A DNA stretch of 64,000 bases from Eledone cirrhosa (lineage: Eukaryota): contig OZ024758.1 in NCBI GenBank assembly GCA_964016885.1, positions 20,584,001 through 20,648,000 of the forward strand. Direction: 5' to 3'. Under the pieces are notes generated by a model that made no database searches, was not told the DNA's origin, and worked only from the letters and a program-made list of their open reading frames with translations. Of the stretch, positions 1-16,380 are shown piece by piece. Each line of letters starts with the position of its first letter. Positions within the stretch are counted from its first letter, which is position 1. Made by a program: the position numbers and the translations under genes.

Positions 1-25
1 TATTTATAAAACTGTTTATATATTG

Positions 26-91
26 TATTTTATCTGAAGAAGGCATGCCATATTTTTAATATGGTATCCCCGAAATATGTATAATGAAATA
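26..91 (+). ncRNA. Minimal type I hammerhead ribozyme (family A)
   Basis: Stem I TATTTTAT/ATGAAATA, core CTGAAGA 34-40, stem II ATGCCATATT/AATATGGTAT, GAAA 72-75, near-palindromic stem III ATATGTAT, AUA triplet (predicted cut after 83). Confidence 0.7.
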
Positions 92-132
92 AATATGTTT
101 TTATAAATATAGTTTCCATTTGTTTAATATCG

Positions 133-230
<98 letters not shown>

Positions 231-336
231 AATATATATATATATATAGAAATAAAATACAAAGTTACTTACTCATATTGATACCATGCAATTAACAAGG
301 TCAAAGTATGAATACTGATCATTATATAATAATATA

Positions 337-528
337 TGGAGGATTGTCAGTATCGGGTGAGAGGGTCGGACGCCTTGCTTTGATGCAAAGAGTTACGGCC
401 CTTTCAATTCTAGGTTCAAATCCCGCCGAGTTTAACTTTGCCTTTCATCCTTACGGGGTCGATAAAATAAAGTACCAGTAATACACTGAGTATTTGCTGG
501 CCTTGTGCCTAAAAGTAGAAACGATTAT
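337..528 (+). mobile_element. Octopus-type SINE copy
   Basis: GTTCAAATCCCGCCGAG B-box-like motif followed by 'aactttgcctttcatccttacggggtcgataaaataaagtaccag'; several more copies in the window. Confidence 0.85.
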
Positions 529-672
529 ACAATAATATATGTAGAAATAAACACAGTAAATTGTGTGTCTAAAATTACGAGGGTAGAAATAGCACATTGC
601 TTTGTTAGATTTAACCTGAGGCATACGTATAAATAACTATTCCATCTCTTGGTCAGATTAGAGATTTAGTCT

Positions 673-753
<81 letters not shown>

Positions 754-928
754 TATATATAGTTATATATATAGTTATATATGTATTAATGTATATGTAT
801 ATATGCATCCATATATATATATATATGTATATATGTATAGATATATATATACATATGTATACATATGTATCTGTATGTATATGTATATATGTAAACATAT
901 ATAAATATATATATATATATATATATGT

Positions 929-1006
<78 letters not shown>

Positions 1007-1010
<4 letters not shown>

Positions 1011-1274
1011 GAAATAGGATTTCTCTTCAAGCATATCTTTATACAATATGTATAAATATTGTATATCTTTAAAGAAATACAGTTTTAGGAAGTCGTAGCT
1101 ATGCAAACACCGGGGGGCTAACGCTCTCTCAGCAGTCGCAAGCGGTGGGAGGCAAACTCGTGACGAAGGCCAGTTAAGCTTGGAATGCATAAACTGTTGT
1201 CCACATTGCTTCGACTGGACAATATTTATGCATATTTTATAAAGCTATGCTTGAAGCGAAACCCTATTTCTTTT
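1007..1274. mobile_element. Fold-back mini-element between (TA)n runs (family C)
   Basis: ~55-bp imperfect inverted arms 1007-1062 / 1219-1274. The interior resembles 59555-59630 and holds a decayed hammerhead-like tgacgaagg...ggaatgcata. Confidence 0.65.
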
Positions 1275-1312
1275 ATATATATATATATATACATAAATAT
1301 ATATATATATAT

Positions 1313-1459
<147 letters not shown>

Positions 1460-1521
1460 ACTATATATATATATATATATATATATACATAACTATATAT
1501 ATATATATATATATATATACA

Positions 1522-1574
<53 letters not shown>

Positions 1575-1598
1575 GTGGTTACACAACAGTTAGTTAAC

Positions 1599-1646
1599 CA
1601 TACCGAGAACAATTGTTTCACCTTCGTGGATCTTCAGCTCGGAATG
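1599..1646 (-). ncRNA. Minimal type I hammerhead ribozyme (family B, left arm)
   Basis: Minus strand: cattccgag CTGAAGA tCCacgaaGGt GAAA CAATTG TT ctcggtatg. Palindromic stem III ACAATTGT, GUU triplet. Confidence 0.7.
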
Positions 1647-2411
1647 TGTATGGTTATAGGAACAGGGAGGACAACCGTACGAACGCGCATGCGCATAAAC
1701 TCGGTTACTTCACACATGCAATACTAGACTGCGTGTGGGGGGTGTAAGGGAGATAACTGCGAAAGTCCGGAACATTTTTTGGTTGAAAATAAAATTAAAA
1801 AATTAAAAATAAAATTACAAAGATTCGGTCCGGAGCCTTGTAGTTATGCAATATATGTTTTGTGACGTGTGGACAACGTGTGAAAAATTCACTTCTCGTG
1901 TTAGAGGCAATCACTATTACGCAATAGTGATTGTCTAAACACGAGAAGAGAATTTTTCACACGTTGTCCACACGTCACCAAACATCTATTGCATAACTAC
2001 AAGGCTCCGGACTGAATCTTAAAATAAAAAAATTAAAAATAAAATTACAAAGATTCAATCCGGAGCCTTCTAGTTATGCAATAGATATTTGGTGACGTGT
2101 GGACAACCTGTGAAAAATACACTTCTCGTGTTTAGGCAATCACTATTACGCAATAGTGATTGCCTTAACACGAGAGTGAATTTTTCACACGTTGTCCACA
2201 CGTCACCAAACATTTATTGCATAACTACAAGTCTCAGGACTTAATCTTTGTAATTTTATTTTTTATTTTTTTATTTTATTTTCAACCAAAATACTTTCCT
2301 GACTTTCGCAGTTACACCCCCGCACGGAGTCTAGTATTGCCTGTGTGAAGTGACCGAGTGTCTGCGCATGCGCGTTCGTACGGTTGTCCTTCCTGTTCCT
2401 ATAACCATACA

Positions 2412-2459
2412 CATACCGAGCTGAAGATTCGCGAAGGTGAAACAATTGTTCTCGGTATG
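2412..2459 (+). ncRNA. Minimal type I hammerhead ribozyme (family B, right arm)
   Basis: Perfect 9-bp stem I CATACCGAG/CTCGGTATG, CTGAAGA 2421-2427, weak stem II, GAAA 2439-2442, ACAATTGT, GUU (cut after 2450). Confidence 0.72.
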
Positions 2460-2552
2460 GTGAACAAACTGGTGTGTAACCACTTCTACCTAACTCCTCC
2501 CTTGGACTGAGTGCTCTACCACTACGGATATTACCTTCCAGTGATCCACGAC

Positions 2553-2584
<32 letters not shown>

Positions 2585-2616
2585 GGGGGGGGGGGTTTAT
2601 ACACACACGGTCATAT

Positions 2617-2683
<67 letters not shown>

Positions 2684-2800
2684 TGTATAGTTATGTATAC
2701 ACTCTATACAACTATAAACAGGCAATGTCAGTATTTAATTACTACCTTATTACTATTAAGAAAATTGCTAAATGTAATTGCATTAGATGTTTTACAGGAA

Positions 2801-3036
2801 TATAAATTACACAATAATCAAAACTATGTCCAAATCATGTTATTGCTGACAATCGTTTCTCCCAAATGTTCTTTTGGAATCATCGGAGCAGTAGCAACTG
2901 AACGATCATATAGATACACGGATATTAATGTTGTCAACAACAGTTTCGTATTTTGCTTCGATTATTCCAAACGAAAGTTTGGAAGATACGATTGTCAGCA
3001 ATAAAATGATTTGAACATAGCTTTGATTATTGTGTA

Positions 3037-3044
<8 letters not shown>
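2801..3044. repeat. Imperfect inverted repeat (~95-bp arms)
   Basis: tataaattacacaataatcaaaactatgtccaaatcatgttattgctgacaatcg... is the reverse complement of ...cgattgtcagcaataaaatgatttgaacatagctttgattattgtgtaatttata. Confidence 0.8.
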
Positions 3045-3082
<38 letters not shown>

Positions 3083-3848
3083 ATATATTATTTATATTTC
3101 AGCCTTTGAACAATAATGCATGCATAATAACCTCTGTTATTTTCTTTAAGAATATAGATTATTATCGGGAAATCACGTTATTTATATATTAACAATAGAA
3201 GATATCACATTGACTGTTTGATATACACGGCTGCGATATATCTTAATATGCGATATTCCCAGAAGACTTCATAGAATTCCTGCCCTATTCACTATTTATT
3301 TATTACCTCCATATATATGTCAATCTAATTTAATGATATATAACTCATAAATCAAATGAGAAATGTGTATCTTAATGTTCTAATAACACTGCGCTTTCCG
3401 GATGTAATGTTTATATTTATAACAGTTCTAGTCATCTGAGACAGAAATTGCCAACACATAGTGAATGAGCTTTCTTTGCTAATAATTACGATGCTTCAGC
3501 ATACGATGTGCTTACATTTTGAAGCCTTTATTTGCTAATGTAATATATCCTATTAACGTTACGAATAGATTCTGAACAAGCAGACATTATATTTCTATGA
3601 AATAATTATGCAAATTCTGTGTGTTAAATATGAATTATTGAAATGGGATGGATAACTTCGAATATATTATATCACAAACTACTCCTAATGTTTTAATGAA
3701 TTTCTTCTTTATGAAGCCGACATTGATATGGAGAAAATGTTTGAAATGTCCAAACACATATCTCCACAAATAACGTTCTTCTTATACACGTTATTATAAC
3801 ATTGTGAGGAAAATGTTAATCTAAACCTTTTCTTTTATATATTTGTAG

Positions 3849-4608
3849 ATATCGACTTGGTCGCAGTATAGAATGGCCACTTGCTCACCCAGGAGATTTG
3901 AAGACATATATCTGTAAAGATGACCACTTTGATTATAGCCCGGATGTTCAAGCCGTCCAGAGAAAACCAATGACCGTGTTAGTAAATCTCAAAAAAACAC
4001 ACTTTGTTAACTGCAACTTACATCCCGTGATTAGTAGGTCTACTTTGTTGAGAGATGATAATTTTTGTGAATATTGTCTTCTGCACGATCCCAGTCTATC
4101 ATCAGATCGGATTACTTTATATAGCTTGAACTGCTCTACGAAACCAAGGCGTATTAATTTGGCATGTTTGGCTTCATTCGATATCAACGCTCAAACAAAA
4201 GCTGTAGTTTTAAAGGCAGTTCATCGCAAACATAATTTTGTCTGCTGGGTTTTCACCTCTCGAAACAAAATTCTTGTATTACCACCATCTGATTGTACCA
4301 ATACTACAGCTCATGAACAGCCAATTATTGGAGGCAGAGAGGACGAAGCCTCAGAATTTTCCATTATGAAAGATGTATCTCGAACATGTGAAGAATTATG
4401 TCTAACTTCAACGCCATCCCACTACATAGCTAACACTACATTATTACCGGCAAGCAGCGTTTGGGAAAACAGTTCACGCCATTTTCCAGCAGAACCCTCA
4501 TCACATTCCCAAGGGACATTACCAGAATGCAATCGAAAGAACACTTATGTAATAACAGTTATATCTGTATTATTTTTTCTGATACCTCTTGTTTGTGTCC
4601 CCGCCTAA
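3849..4608 (+). CDS. Terminal coding exon of an uncharacterised Cys-rich secreted/membrane-anchored protein (~252 aa in this exon)
   Basis: Pyrimidine tract and TTTGTAG acceptor end at 3848. The frame is open from 3850 (YRLGRSIEWPLAHPGDLKTYICKDD...) to TAA at 4608. It encodes a Cys-rich domain, an S/T/P-rich linker and a C-terminal hydrophobic stretch (YVITVISVLFFLIPLVCVPA*). AATAAA at 4857 and 4947. Upstream exons not identified. Confidence 0.75.
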
Positions 4609-5729
4609 TGAATGATCGATCGTGAGTATTGAGCGTGTGTTAGCAAACTATTTTGAATCACTCAGTTTTGCGTCCAATTATCATAAGAAGAAAAAAATAT
4701 CCATTAATGTATTTTGTAACAATGGAACTACTTTCAGAAATTCTGAGCTGGCTGATGATGTGAAAAGAATGGTCTGTTTCCAGAAGAAGACAACCAAGAT
4801 ATAAAATTTTTAAAATGTTACTTCGACTTATATAATATGGAGTCCGTTTTAATTTAAATAAATTTTAAATTGGAATTGAAAAAAACGTATAAAGGAAATG
4901 AACTGACATCGATCTAAACATGAAACTGATTTTCAGATATACAATTAATAAAGGCGAAATATTGTATGACTACAGACTATATATAAATACGCGCATGTAT
5001 TTATGTATATATACATATATACATATATACATATATACATATATGTATATATACATATATGTATAAATACGCGCATATATATATGTATGTATATATGCAT
5101 GTATATACACACACACACATATATATATATACACATATATGCTCAGGCATGCATATTAACGTAAATACATACGCGTATATGTATATGTATATATATATTT
5201 ATATATATAAATTTGAGACAAAAGATATTCGGAAAAGAGGAAAAAATAACAAGTCCAAAATTTAAACAATCAACAATAAGGAGACATTGATAGATAAAGA
5301 AAATGCAATGTTTGGCATAGATTTTATCTGATTCGAGACGTATTTCAATTGTATATGACATATGAGAAGACAGAACAAATTGAAGAATGAGTGTAGTGCT
5401 GTAGACACTAATAAAAGGAACGAAAATATAGAAAAGAATGATTGTTCAATTGAATACATTTATATTGGTAAAAAAATATTACCTGATTGTACTTAACATT
5501 CAATCACAATTTCTGTCGCTAACTGTCTATTCTGTTTCTATCCCCTCTATCTAAATTGTATTTCTTTATCTCTATGAAACGCTCTCTTTCACTGTCTATC
5601 ATGTCAATCTGTCTATCGTTCAATTTATCTTTCTATAATTTTTCATTCTATTTTGTCTAAACTTTCCCGGTCGATGCCGTTTCGATCATTCTATTTAAAT
5701 ATTTTCTTTTTTAGTTCATTTATATCTCT

Positions 5730-5965
5730 CTATTTCTCATTCATTAAACTACCTATCGGTTTGGTAACGAAAATATTATGGCAACTAGAACATTATAGCT
5801 TTGGTGATTTAAAGCAAATTGAAGAAAAAATAAACATTCAACTACTGAAAAATTAATATTTGGAAGAAATATAAAGCCTTGAAAAAGTTAAATATGTACA
5901 AACATTCTTTTGTTAATTTTTGTGGCTGGGTTTCAAATTCTCATCTAACGTTCGCAAATCCATTT
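5730..5965 (+). repeat. Unclassified dispersed repeat, second copy at 23530-23760
   Basis: Shared blocks ttctcattcattaaacta, tatggcaacta, tatagcttyggtgattta and tcaaattytcatcta in the same order. Confidence 0.65.
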
Positions 5966-6031
5966 TGTATCATTGTATTTGATAAATATTGCCCAATGAG
6001 TCAAAGTGTAAACACAATCATATGTAGATAA

Positions 6032-7290
<1,259 letters not shown>

Positions 7291-7856
7291 GCATTATACT
7301 TAAGTAACATTTTATATGTGTTGAGAATTCGTTGTTGATATATTTAAAATAATGTTAATATGAAATGATTCAACGAGCGGTGTTATGTTTGAGCGAGATT
7401 TTAACATATGTAGAAACTACAAATCAGATTATCTACATTGAAAAATAAAATACTGTGTTTATGCATTAATTTTATATTTTTTGTTCGATACTGGATAACA
7501 GTCATCATTACGTAATAATGATATATATCTGTGTCCATTTAGCCATAAACACAAAACGAGATCATTATATTTATTTCCTGATGCAGAGAGATATCATATT
7601 TGTGTATTGCCCGCTGCGAAATATCAATGCTATAAAGAAAACAATTGCTAATGACGCAGCAGTAGATATAAATTCACAATGAACAAACAATATAATTTCA
7701 AACCTGTGACGGAGAATTCATTCATAAAAATGTAAATAGTGTATTTTTTAACAAATAACAAAACGATGATACAACATAGCATAATGTCTTCTTCATTGAT
7801 ATATACATGTATATATAAAAATATATGTATATATATCTATGTATTTTATATATTAC

Positions 7857-7967
<111 letters not shown>

Positions 7968-8290
7968 TATATATATATATGGGTGTGTAGGAATGTGTGC
8001 GTGTTTATGTGTGTGCGTGCGTATATGAATATATATTTATACATACACATGCATATACATTTATATAAATATACATATATACATATACAGATATGTACAT
8101 ATTCATATATATACATATACATATATATATAAACATATATACATATACATATATGTACATATGCATATATATACATATACATATATATAAACATATATAT
8201 ATATACATATATATATACATATCTATATACATATATATGTATATACATATATATATATACATATATATACATATACATACATACACACAA

Positions 8291-8343
<53 letters not shown>

Positions 8344-8366
8344 TATAGACATACACACACACACAC

Positions 8367-8442
<76 letters not shown>

Positions 8443-8687
8443 GTATTTCTATGTATAAATATAAATGTATGTACATATATATAAAGTATGTATCTATTTA
8501 TTATCATGCATTAGAAGAAAAAGCGGTTTTTGTTTTGTGTATGTACATAACTAAATAGTAGAGTTTATCACATCTCACACCAGATTGAGCAGTTTCCCTT
8601 TTTCCGTTTCCAATTCCACAAAAAACATATATATAAATATGTATACGTGTGTGTGTGGCTATATACATATATATATATATATATATA

Positions 8688-8775
<88 letters not shown>

Positions 8776-8792
8776 CATACATATATATATAT

Positions 8793-9988
<1,196 letters not shown>

Positions 9989-10465
9989 TACGAAAATGAT
10001 ATACTATGTTCAAAGTGAATCTACTACATCTACACACCTTCCTACTACTACTAGTTGCTGCACTACATCTATTGCCACTACTACTGCTACTACTATTATT
10101 ACTATAACTACTACTAATACTAATAACATTAATAATATATTTAATAATAATTGAGATATATTTAGTGATAAATATTACTATAATATGATGATAGTAAAAA
10201 TATTAAAATCAATATGTAGAGAAACATGTTCAAAATCTATTAAGTGATTTTATCTACGATCAAATGAAATTTTCATCTAAACAGCATAGCATTAAGATGT
10301 ATTCAACACACATATATATATATGTGTTTGTGTGCGTGTTTGTGTGTATGTATTTTTGTGTGAGAGTGGATGTGTGTAAGACTGGTGGTGCATATTTATG
10401 TAAAAAGAAAACAAACACACACACATATGTGTATATGAAAATGTATATATGTATATATATATTAT

Positions 10466-10529
<64 letters not shown>

Positions 10530-11523
10530 CATTTGTAGTCGTAGGTTTTGAGTCTATAAGTGCTGAATATCATCTCACTATGGTTGTGCAAATCCTGGTC
10601 TGGTTTTCTTCACGTTGGTCTTATACAAAGTTATGTGTTTGTCCGTATTATACATAGATACATAAAGAAGTAATTATTCATTTGATTCCTTCTTATGTAT
10701 TATATATATATTTTCATATCACTAAGGAATTTGAAATGTTGATGTGCATAATTTATATATAACTAACATAAATGCCGATGGAAATATAACCATATGTATA
10801 AATGAGATGAGATAATATAATTCCAAAATAAAAATTCAGATATTTCATCCAATATGATATATATGCTAGTTACTTCATTGGTATTAACCCACACGAATTA
10901 TTAAGGACGAAATAAATGCCACGCCCCCTACAACAACTTTTATTTTTAGAATATATAAATATGTTGTGTATGTTTCTTCCGAAAGTTATTTATATTTCAA
11001 CGCCGATGTTCCTTAAATGTGTGATGACTTGTGGGTCATAAGCATATCTCCTTACTTCTTTTTAATGATTTATGTGATCATCTTGGATAATTTTAATGAC
11101 AACATATTGTTCAGAGGATAATCGCTGACATTAATCTAAATGGATGTAAGCCCTTTGTAAACAGATATGTTTTTTAAGTTGCAGGGATTTTGAATAAATC
11201 CTATATACGGTGCAAATGGTTCAGTTATATACGAAAAGTACAGTGTTAATTTCACTACTAGACAAAGTGTCGCCAATGAAGCAAATGTTCGTCAATTTAT
11301 TCACAGATCAACAGATAAATATATTAAAAGTATTAGTTGATTTTTGTGCAAGTTCCTCGAAATGCATTAAATGGAAGTAAAGGAATTGTATTACACACGA
11401 ATTTTGTTTTGTAAGGATTAAAGGCGGTGAAATTTAATTATAAGACTAAGGATTTATACTGAATATGCTTGAGCAATATTGAAGTATATGTTCACAATGC
11501 TTTGGCAAGGCATCTGATAATAC

Positions 11524-11573
<50 letters not shown>

Positions 11574-12255
11574 AATAAGATAACAAGGCCGATTGGTTAC
11601 CCCTGCATTACGTTTAATGGTTGGTGACGCGCGTTTCGCCACTGATCAGGTGAAGTTTCGCGGATCGTCCGACACCTTGTAATGTTAATGGGAACTATCT
11701 CTTTATAATGTATTGTTCCATTGAACGTTAACATATTAACCTCAGAAAGATTGCCTATAGATAAACGTGTCTATTTGAAAACAAATCTCTCATAACTTCA
11801 CTATATATACTGTGTTCAAATGCATTAGTGTTCCATGTACGTTAAGTTGTTAAATTTTTAGATTCCTTGATATTATGCAGGCAATTATTAGTTGAACAAA
11901 ATGAAGGTATTAAAAACCCACAAGCAACAATAAAGACGATACAATTGTCAGAAGATCTTCTATGTAATTTCAATAAACAAGTGAATCTGGATTGCTTCAG
12001 TACAGTTAACATACCCATAGAGATATAGTTTATATAGTTGGTAAACTCAAAGTGCTTAGTATATATATAAACATGATGAATTCCATATAAGAAATGAGTA
12101 TTGTAATTATGTGGTAAGGGATATATAGATATAAAAGCCAGATCCTGCAAACACATCCATATACTGGGATAATGTAGGCTGCCAATACAATCATATAAGC
12201 ACACACATATATACACGCATACTACATGCACAAACACACACACCCACCCACCAAC

Positions 12256-12392
<137 letters not shown>

Positions 12393-12492
12393 CATATATA
12401 TTCATATTTATATATACATGTACATATGCACATACATATGCACATACATATATATGCAGAATAGGATTGACTGTGTAGTTACTATTTAAGGT

Positions 12493-12706
12493 AGCTTAAA
12501 ATGCAGTGAGAATAAGAAGAAAGCAAGGAGGGGGGAGTTTTCCTCTTCAGTTGTCTACTGGGGGTCTCGGATATATCTACGTTTTAAAGACGTAGACATA
12601 TCCGAAATATCTTTAAAGCGTAAAAATATCCGAGAGCCCCAGCAGACAACTGATGAGGAACTCCCCACCCCCGTTTTTGCTCTTCTTATTCTCACTCCAT
12701 GTTAAG

Positions 12707-12708
<2 letters not shown>
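12493..12708. mobile_element. Fold-back mini-element with CTGAWGAGG half-cores in both arms (family F)
   Basis: ~95-bp inverted arms; gacaaCTGATGAGGaac at 12650 (+) and gacaaCTGAAGAGGaaaac on the minus strand at ~12544. Abuts (TA)n. Confidence 0.7.
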
Positions 12709-12764
<56 letters not shown>

Positions 12765-14376
12765 CTAAAATGTGTAACATTTCGGTAATGCTCTGGTGTA
12801 TTTTCATTATATATTATAATGTAACTTAATGAGGAAATCCCTTTTCATTTCTGGCATATAGATATATGTTAAGGGCAATGCATTAATAATTAACATAGTT
12901 TATTAAGAAATGAATATTTGATCTCTTTAAATTTTCAGTTCGAAAGAAACAGATTCATTTGACAATACTGCTTATACGTTGTTAATCGCAATTTCGTAAT
13001 ACATTTTAAAATTAGCTTTAATATTGTTGTTTAGTCTACATAAAATTGTGACTCCGCGCAAATTTAATATATTTCACAATCAGAATTTTTTAATTTGATT
13101 TCATTTAATATATTTTATTTCCAATTAAAATATGTATGAAAAAAAATGTTGCTTATGAATTCCTCATCGACATGAACAATTTTATCATATTATTTTCATT
13201 TCTTTTAAAATTAAATGATATTTTTAAATCATAATAAACAGAAAATATGGACCGTGAATATAAAATTTCAAACAGCAGAACATAACTCATAAGAAAAAAA
13301 AAAACACTTACGACTCATTGGTATATAAATGGTGATAAAACCCAATTTAATTTTCTCCCCTTGTTATATTTTTTATTATATTTCATGTTCCTTACTTATA
13401 TTATGCGCGGCCTGCGTAACATCTTATGAAATGCAATTCTTTAAAAGAAAGAAAGAGAAATAAAGGACAAATTAAAATGATATCCAAAACAAAATAATTG
13501 TGAAATAAACTGAACGTATAAAATTTATTTGAAAAATAAAAAAAAAATTAAAAAGCTTTTAAACCAAAATCTGTACTTATATATGATATAATCATTTTGT
13601 TTTAAAATGTGCTAAGGACGTGTTTTACAATCCATACACTGTATGCATGGATATTTGGGCTACAAGACAAAATATTTAAAGACTGTTATCTTCTATTGCG
13701 GATCAATCTTTCCAAAAAAAAAAAATAAATAAACAAAAAAAAACATTACAAGCATTGTGCGTGTTGAGCTTGCATACAGTGCCATGATCTAATTAGCAAG
13801 TGCAACATAAACAAATCTTTCATATTTCAGAAACAAATAAATAAAAAGAAAAAAATTATTGAATGATGCAAAAATATGTATCAACCATTAACTATTTTAG
13901 TGAACATGTCTGTTTGAAAAATTCGCAGTTATAATAAATGTTTCAAGATATATATTGGGATATTATTTTTTTTTCATCTGGTAATCGCATCAAAGCATCC
14001 TATGAAAATGTATGCCATATTTAGATAACATGTATGCATAACAATCAATCTAGACGAGGTTTAATAACATTGAAACATTCAATATATTTCGTATATATGT
14101 ATGGTATGCTACCGCAAAGCACATTATCCCTCAGGTTTATCGTCTTATGGGTTACAACATCTGCCGATTTGTAGGTGGTCTTAAATCTGTGATATATGCC
14201 TCATCCCTCACAATATTGGTTTCCTACACTATTCGAATGGCCAAATATATTCAATTGTGTGAAAAAATTATACTGACTCCTAATTTTCATCATATAATTC
14301 TGCCTGATAATATTATCATATACACACAGAGATTAATAACGATTATAGACGACAACATAAAACGTAACCTAAATCA

Positions 14377-14560
14377 TTATTTATACTGTTGGCACAAGGC
14401 CAGCAATTATCCTAGTCTATTACAGGTACTTTATTTTATCGACTTCCTAAGGATGAAAGACAAAGTTAACATCGGCGGGATTTGAACTCAGACCATAAAT
14501 GGCCGTAACTCTATGCTGCAAATCATGGCGTCAAACCCGCTACCGATACTGCCAATCCAA
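14377..14560 (-). mobile_element. Octopus-type SINE copy
   Basis: Reverse complement of the 337-528 family. Confidence 0.85.
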
Positions 14561-15286
14561 ATAATACACATAGTACAGTCCTCCAACATGTCAGCTTAAT
14601 CTCCCAGAGGATAACTAGATTGATTCAAATTAATATTAAAATAATTATTTTTTACCAAGACAAAATTGAACATGCGCAATCAATATTTCCTGTTACTGTT
14701 CTTCACATTTCTTCAATAATTTCTTGCAATGTATATTGTTAATCCCTACTGTTCAGCTGCCATAATGTGACTTTGGTCTGTTGAGGGTCACAGAGAAGAC
14801 GATAACACTGTTGTACTACTAATATTGAAACAAATAGATGTTGTCCTTGAAAGTGCAGACATTGGAGATGCTGGCAAAGTTCTTATGATGAAGTATATAT
14901 GCGTAGATCCTTAGTACTACTATGTAGTGGAACATTACAACCATGAAGAGATATACAACCATCAAGTGCTAAAATGTAATGTCATATAATTTTATGTACA
15001 GAAATGTCAAACGGTTAAACAAAGTGAATGTGCTCACTAACGTAAATATATCATTGTATCCACGAATCTTGACGGGCTTAACGGGAAAAAGTGACTTGAA
15101 TTATGTCCATTACACGTCTGCATGTGAATAGTAGTATATATATATATGTATGGTTTATGCCCGAAACGTCCCCCCCCCCCACACTCTCAAGAGCGTGAAA
15201 CTAATAAAACTTTGTTCGTACTGCCTCTCTGTTTTGTTCCCGTTCCATTTTCACTATACATACATAAGATGGTTTAAAGAATAAAT

Positions 15287-15359
<73 letters not shown>

Positions 15360-16006
15360 TTTAAAGAATGACTCAATATATATATATATATAGGATAGAT
15401 AGATAGATAGATAGATAAATAGATAGATGTGAGTTTATGGTCCCGTAACACCTGGTACAGTTGTAGGGTTGCCGTATTGCCAAACGGCGTTTCTTGTGCA
15501 TTTTAAGCCCAGGGAAGCCCATCGATCTCCACGCCAATATATATATATTTGTATGTGTGGATGTGTGTGTTTGTGTGTGGGGGTGGTTGTGAGTGTACGT
15601 GCAAGTCAACTAACATAAGTCTTTTTATATGTAAATTTTCTAGTATCTACTCTAACCATAATTTTTAGTAGTACCACCCGACATAAATTCCTCAATTTAA
15701 GAATGACCTGTAGTATCGAATGTCATACTATTAACCTCAATTGAATATATATCTGACCAGGAATGCTTTTTGTGAAAATCAGTCATATGGGACTATTGTC
15801 ATCTTGCCTGACGGTTTGAACTTTACAACATCACCTGCCTCTTTGAGGTCAAATACCAACCCTACTAGCATCTACAAACTGACCAATGAGAATTAAGATT
15901 ATTCCTGCTGACAACATTCAATTATTCCTAACAAGCTCATATGTCCCAAGGCTCTGATACGATTAACACCATAAACACAGACCTGGCATATCTAAGAACT
16001 TGACTA

Positions 16007-16062
16007 ACTGCCTGATGAGGTCATAGCCATTCAATGGGTATCATCGAAATATATATAGCAGT
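16007..16062 (+). ncRNA. Minimal type I hammerhead ribozyme, intact core
   Basis: ACTGC CTGATGA GGTcATAgCCATtcaATGGgTATcATC GAAA TATATA TA GCAGT. Canonical G10.1-C11.1 pair, AUA triplet (cut after 16057), 45 nt upstream of (TA)n. Confidence 0.8.
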
Positions 16063-16103
16063 AAATACAGTATTATGAGTTCATGCAATTTACTCATGTT
16101 CCG

Positions 16104-16142
<39 letters not shown>

Positions 16143-16151
16143 GTGTATATA

Positions 16152-16208
<57 letters not shown>

Positions 16209-16338
16209 TAAGAAAAGATTAATGTTTATCCAGTGGATCACCGTTTAGGGTGAAAGCATACATTATTTGCTTAAATGTTAATGTTCTAATAATAAATATT
16301 TGCTCTACGGGTTTATACACACACAAACACACGCACAC

Positions 16339-16380
<42 letters not shown>

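Larger units (their letters stand above)
1571..2551. mobile_element. ~1-kb palindromic element (family B) with a hammerhead in each arm
   Basis: Outer inverted arms ~1571-1820 / 2248-2486 enclose two tandem ~200-bp hairpins (1819-2020, 2050-2248). Flanked by (TA)n on both sides. Confidence 0.85.

Noticed and set aside
1819-2248. Repeated palindromic units as a CRISPR array
   Set aside because: Only two ~200-bp units, no spacers, no cas genes, eukaryotic context.
4745-4800. CTGATGA plus hairpin in the presumed 3' UTR
   Set aside because: Followed by GAAG with no NUH or stem III; could be chance.
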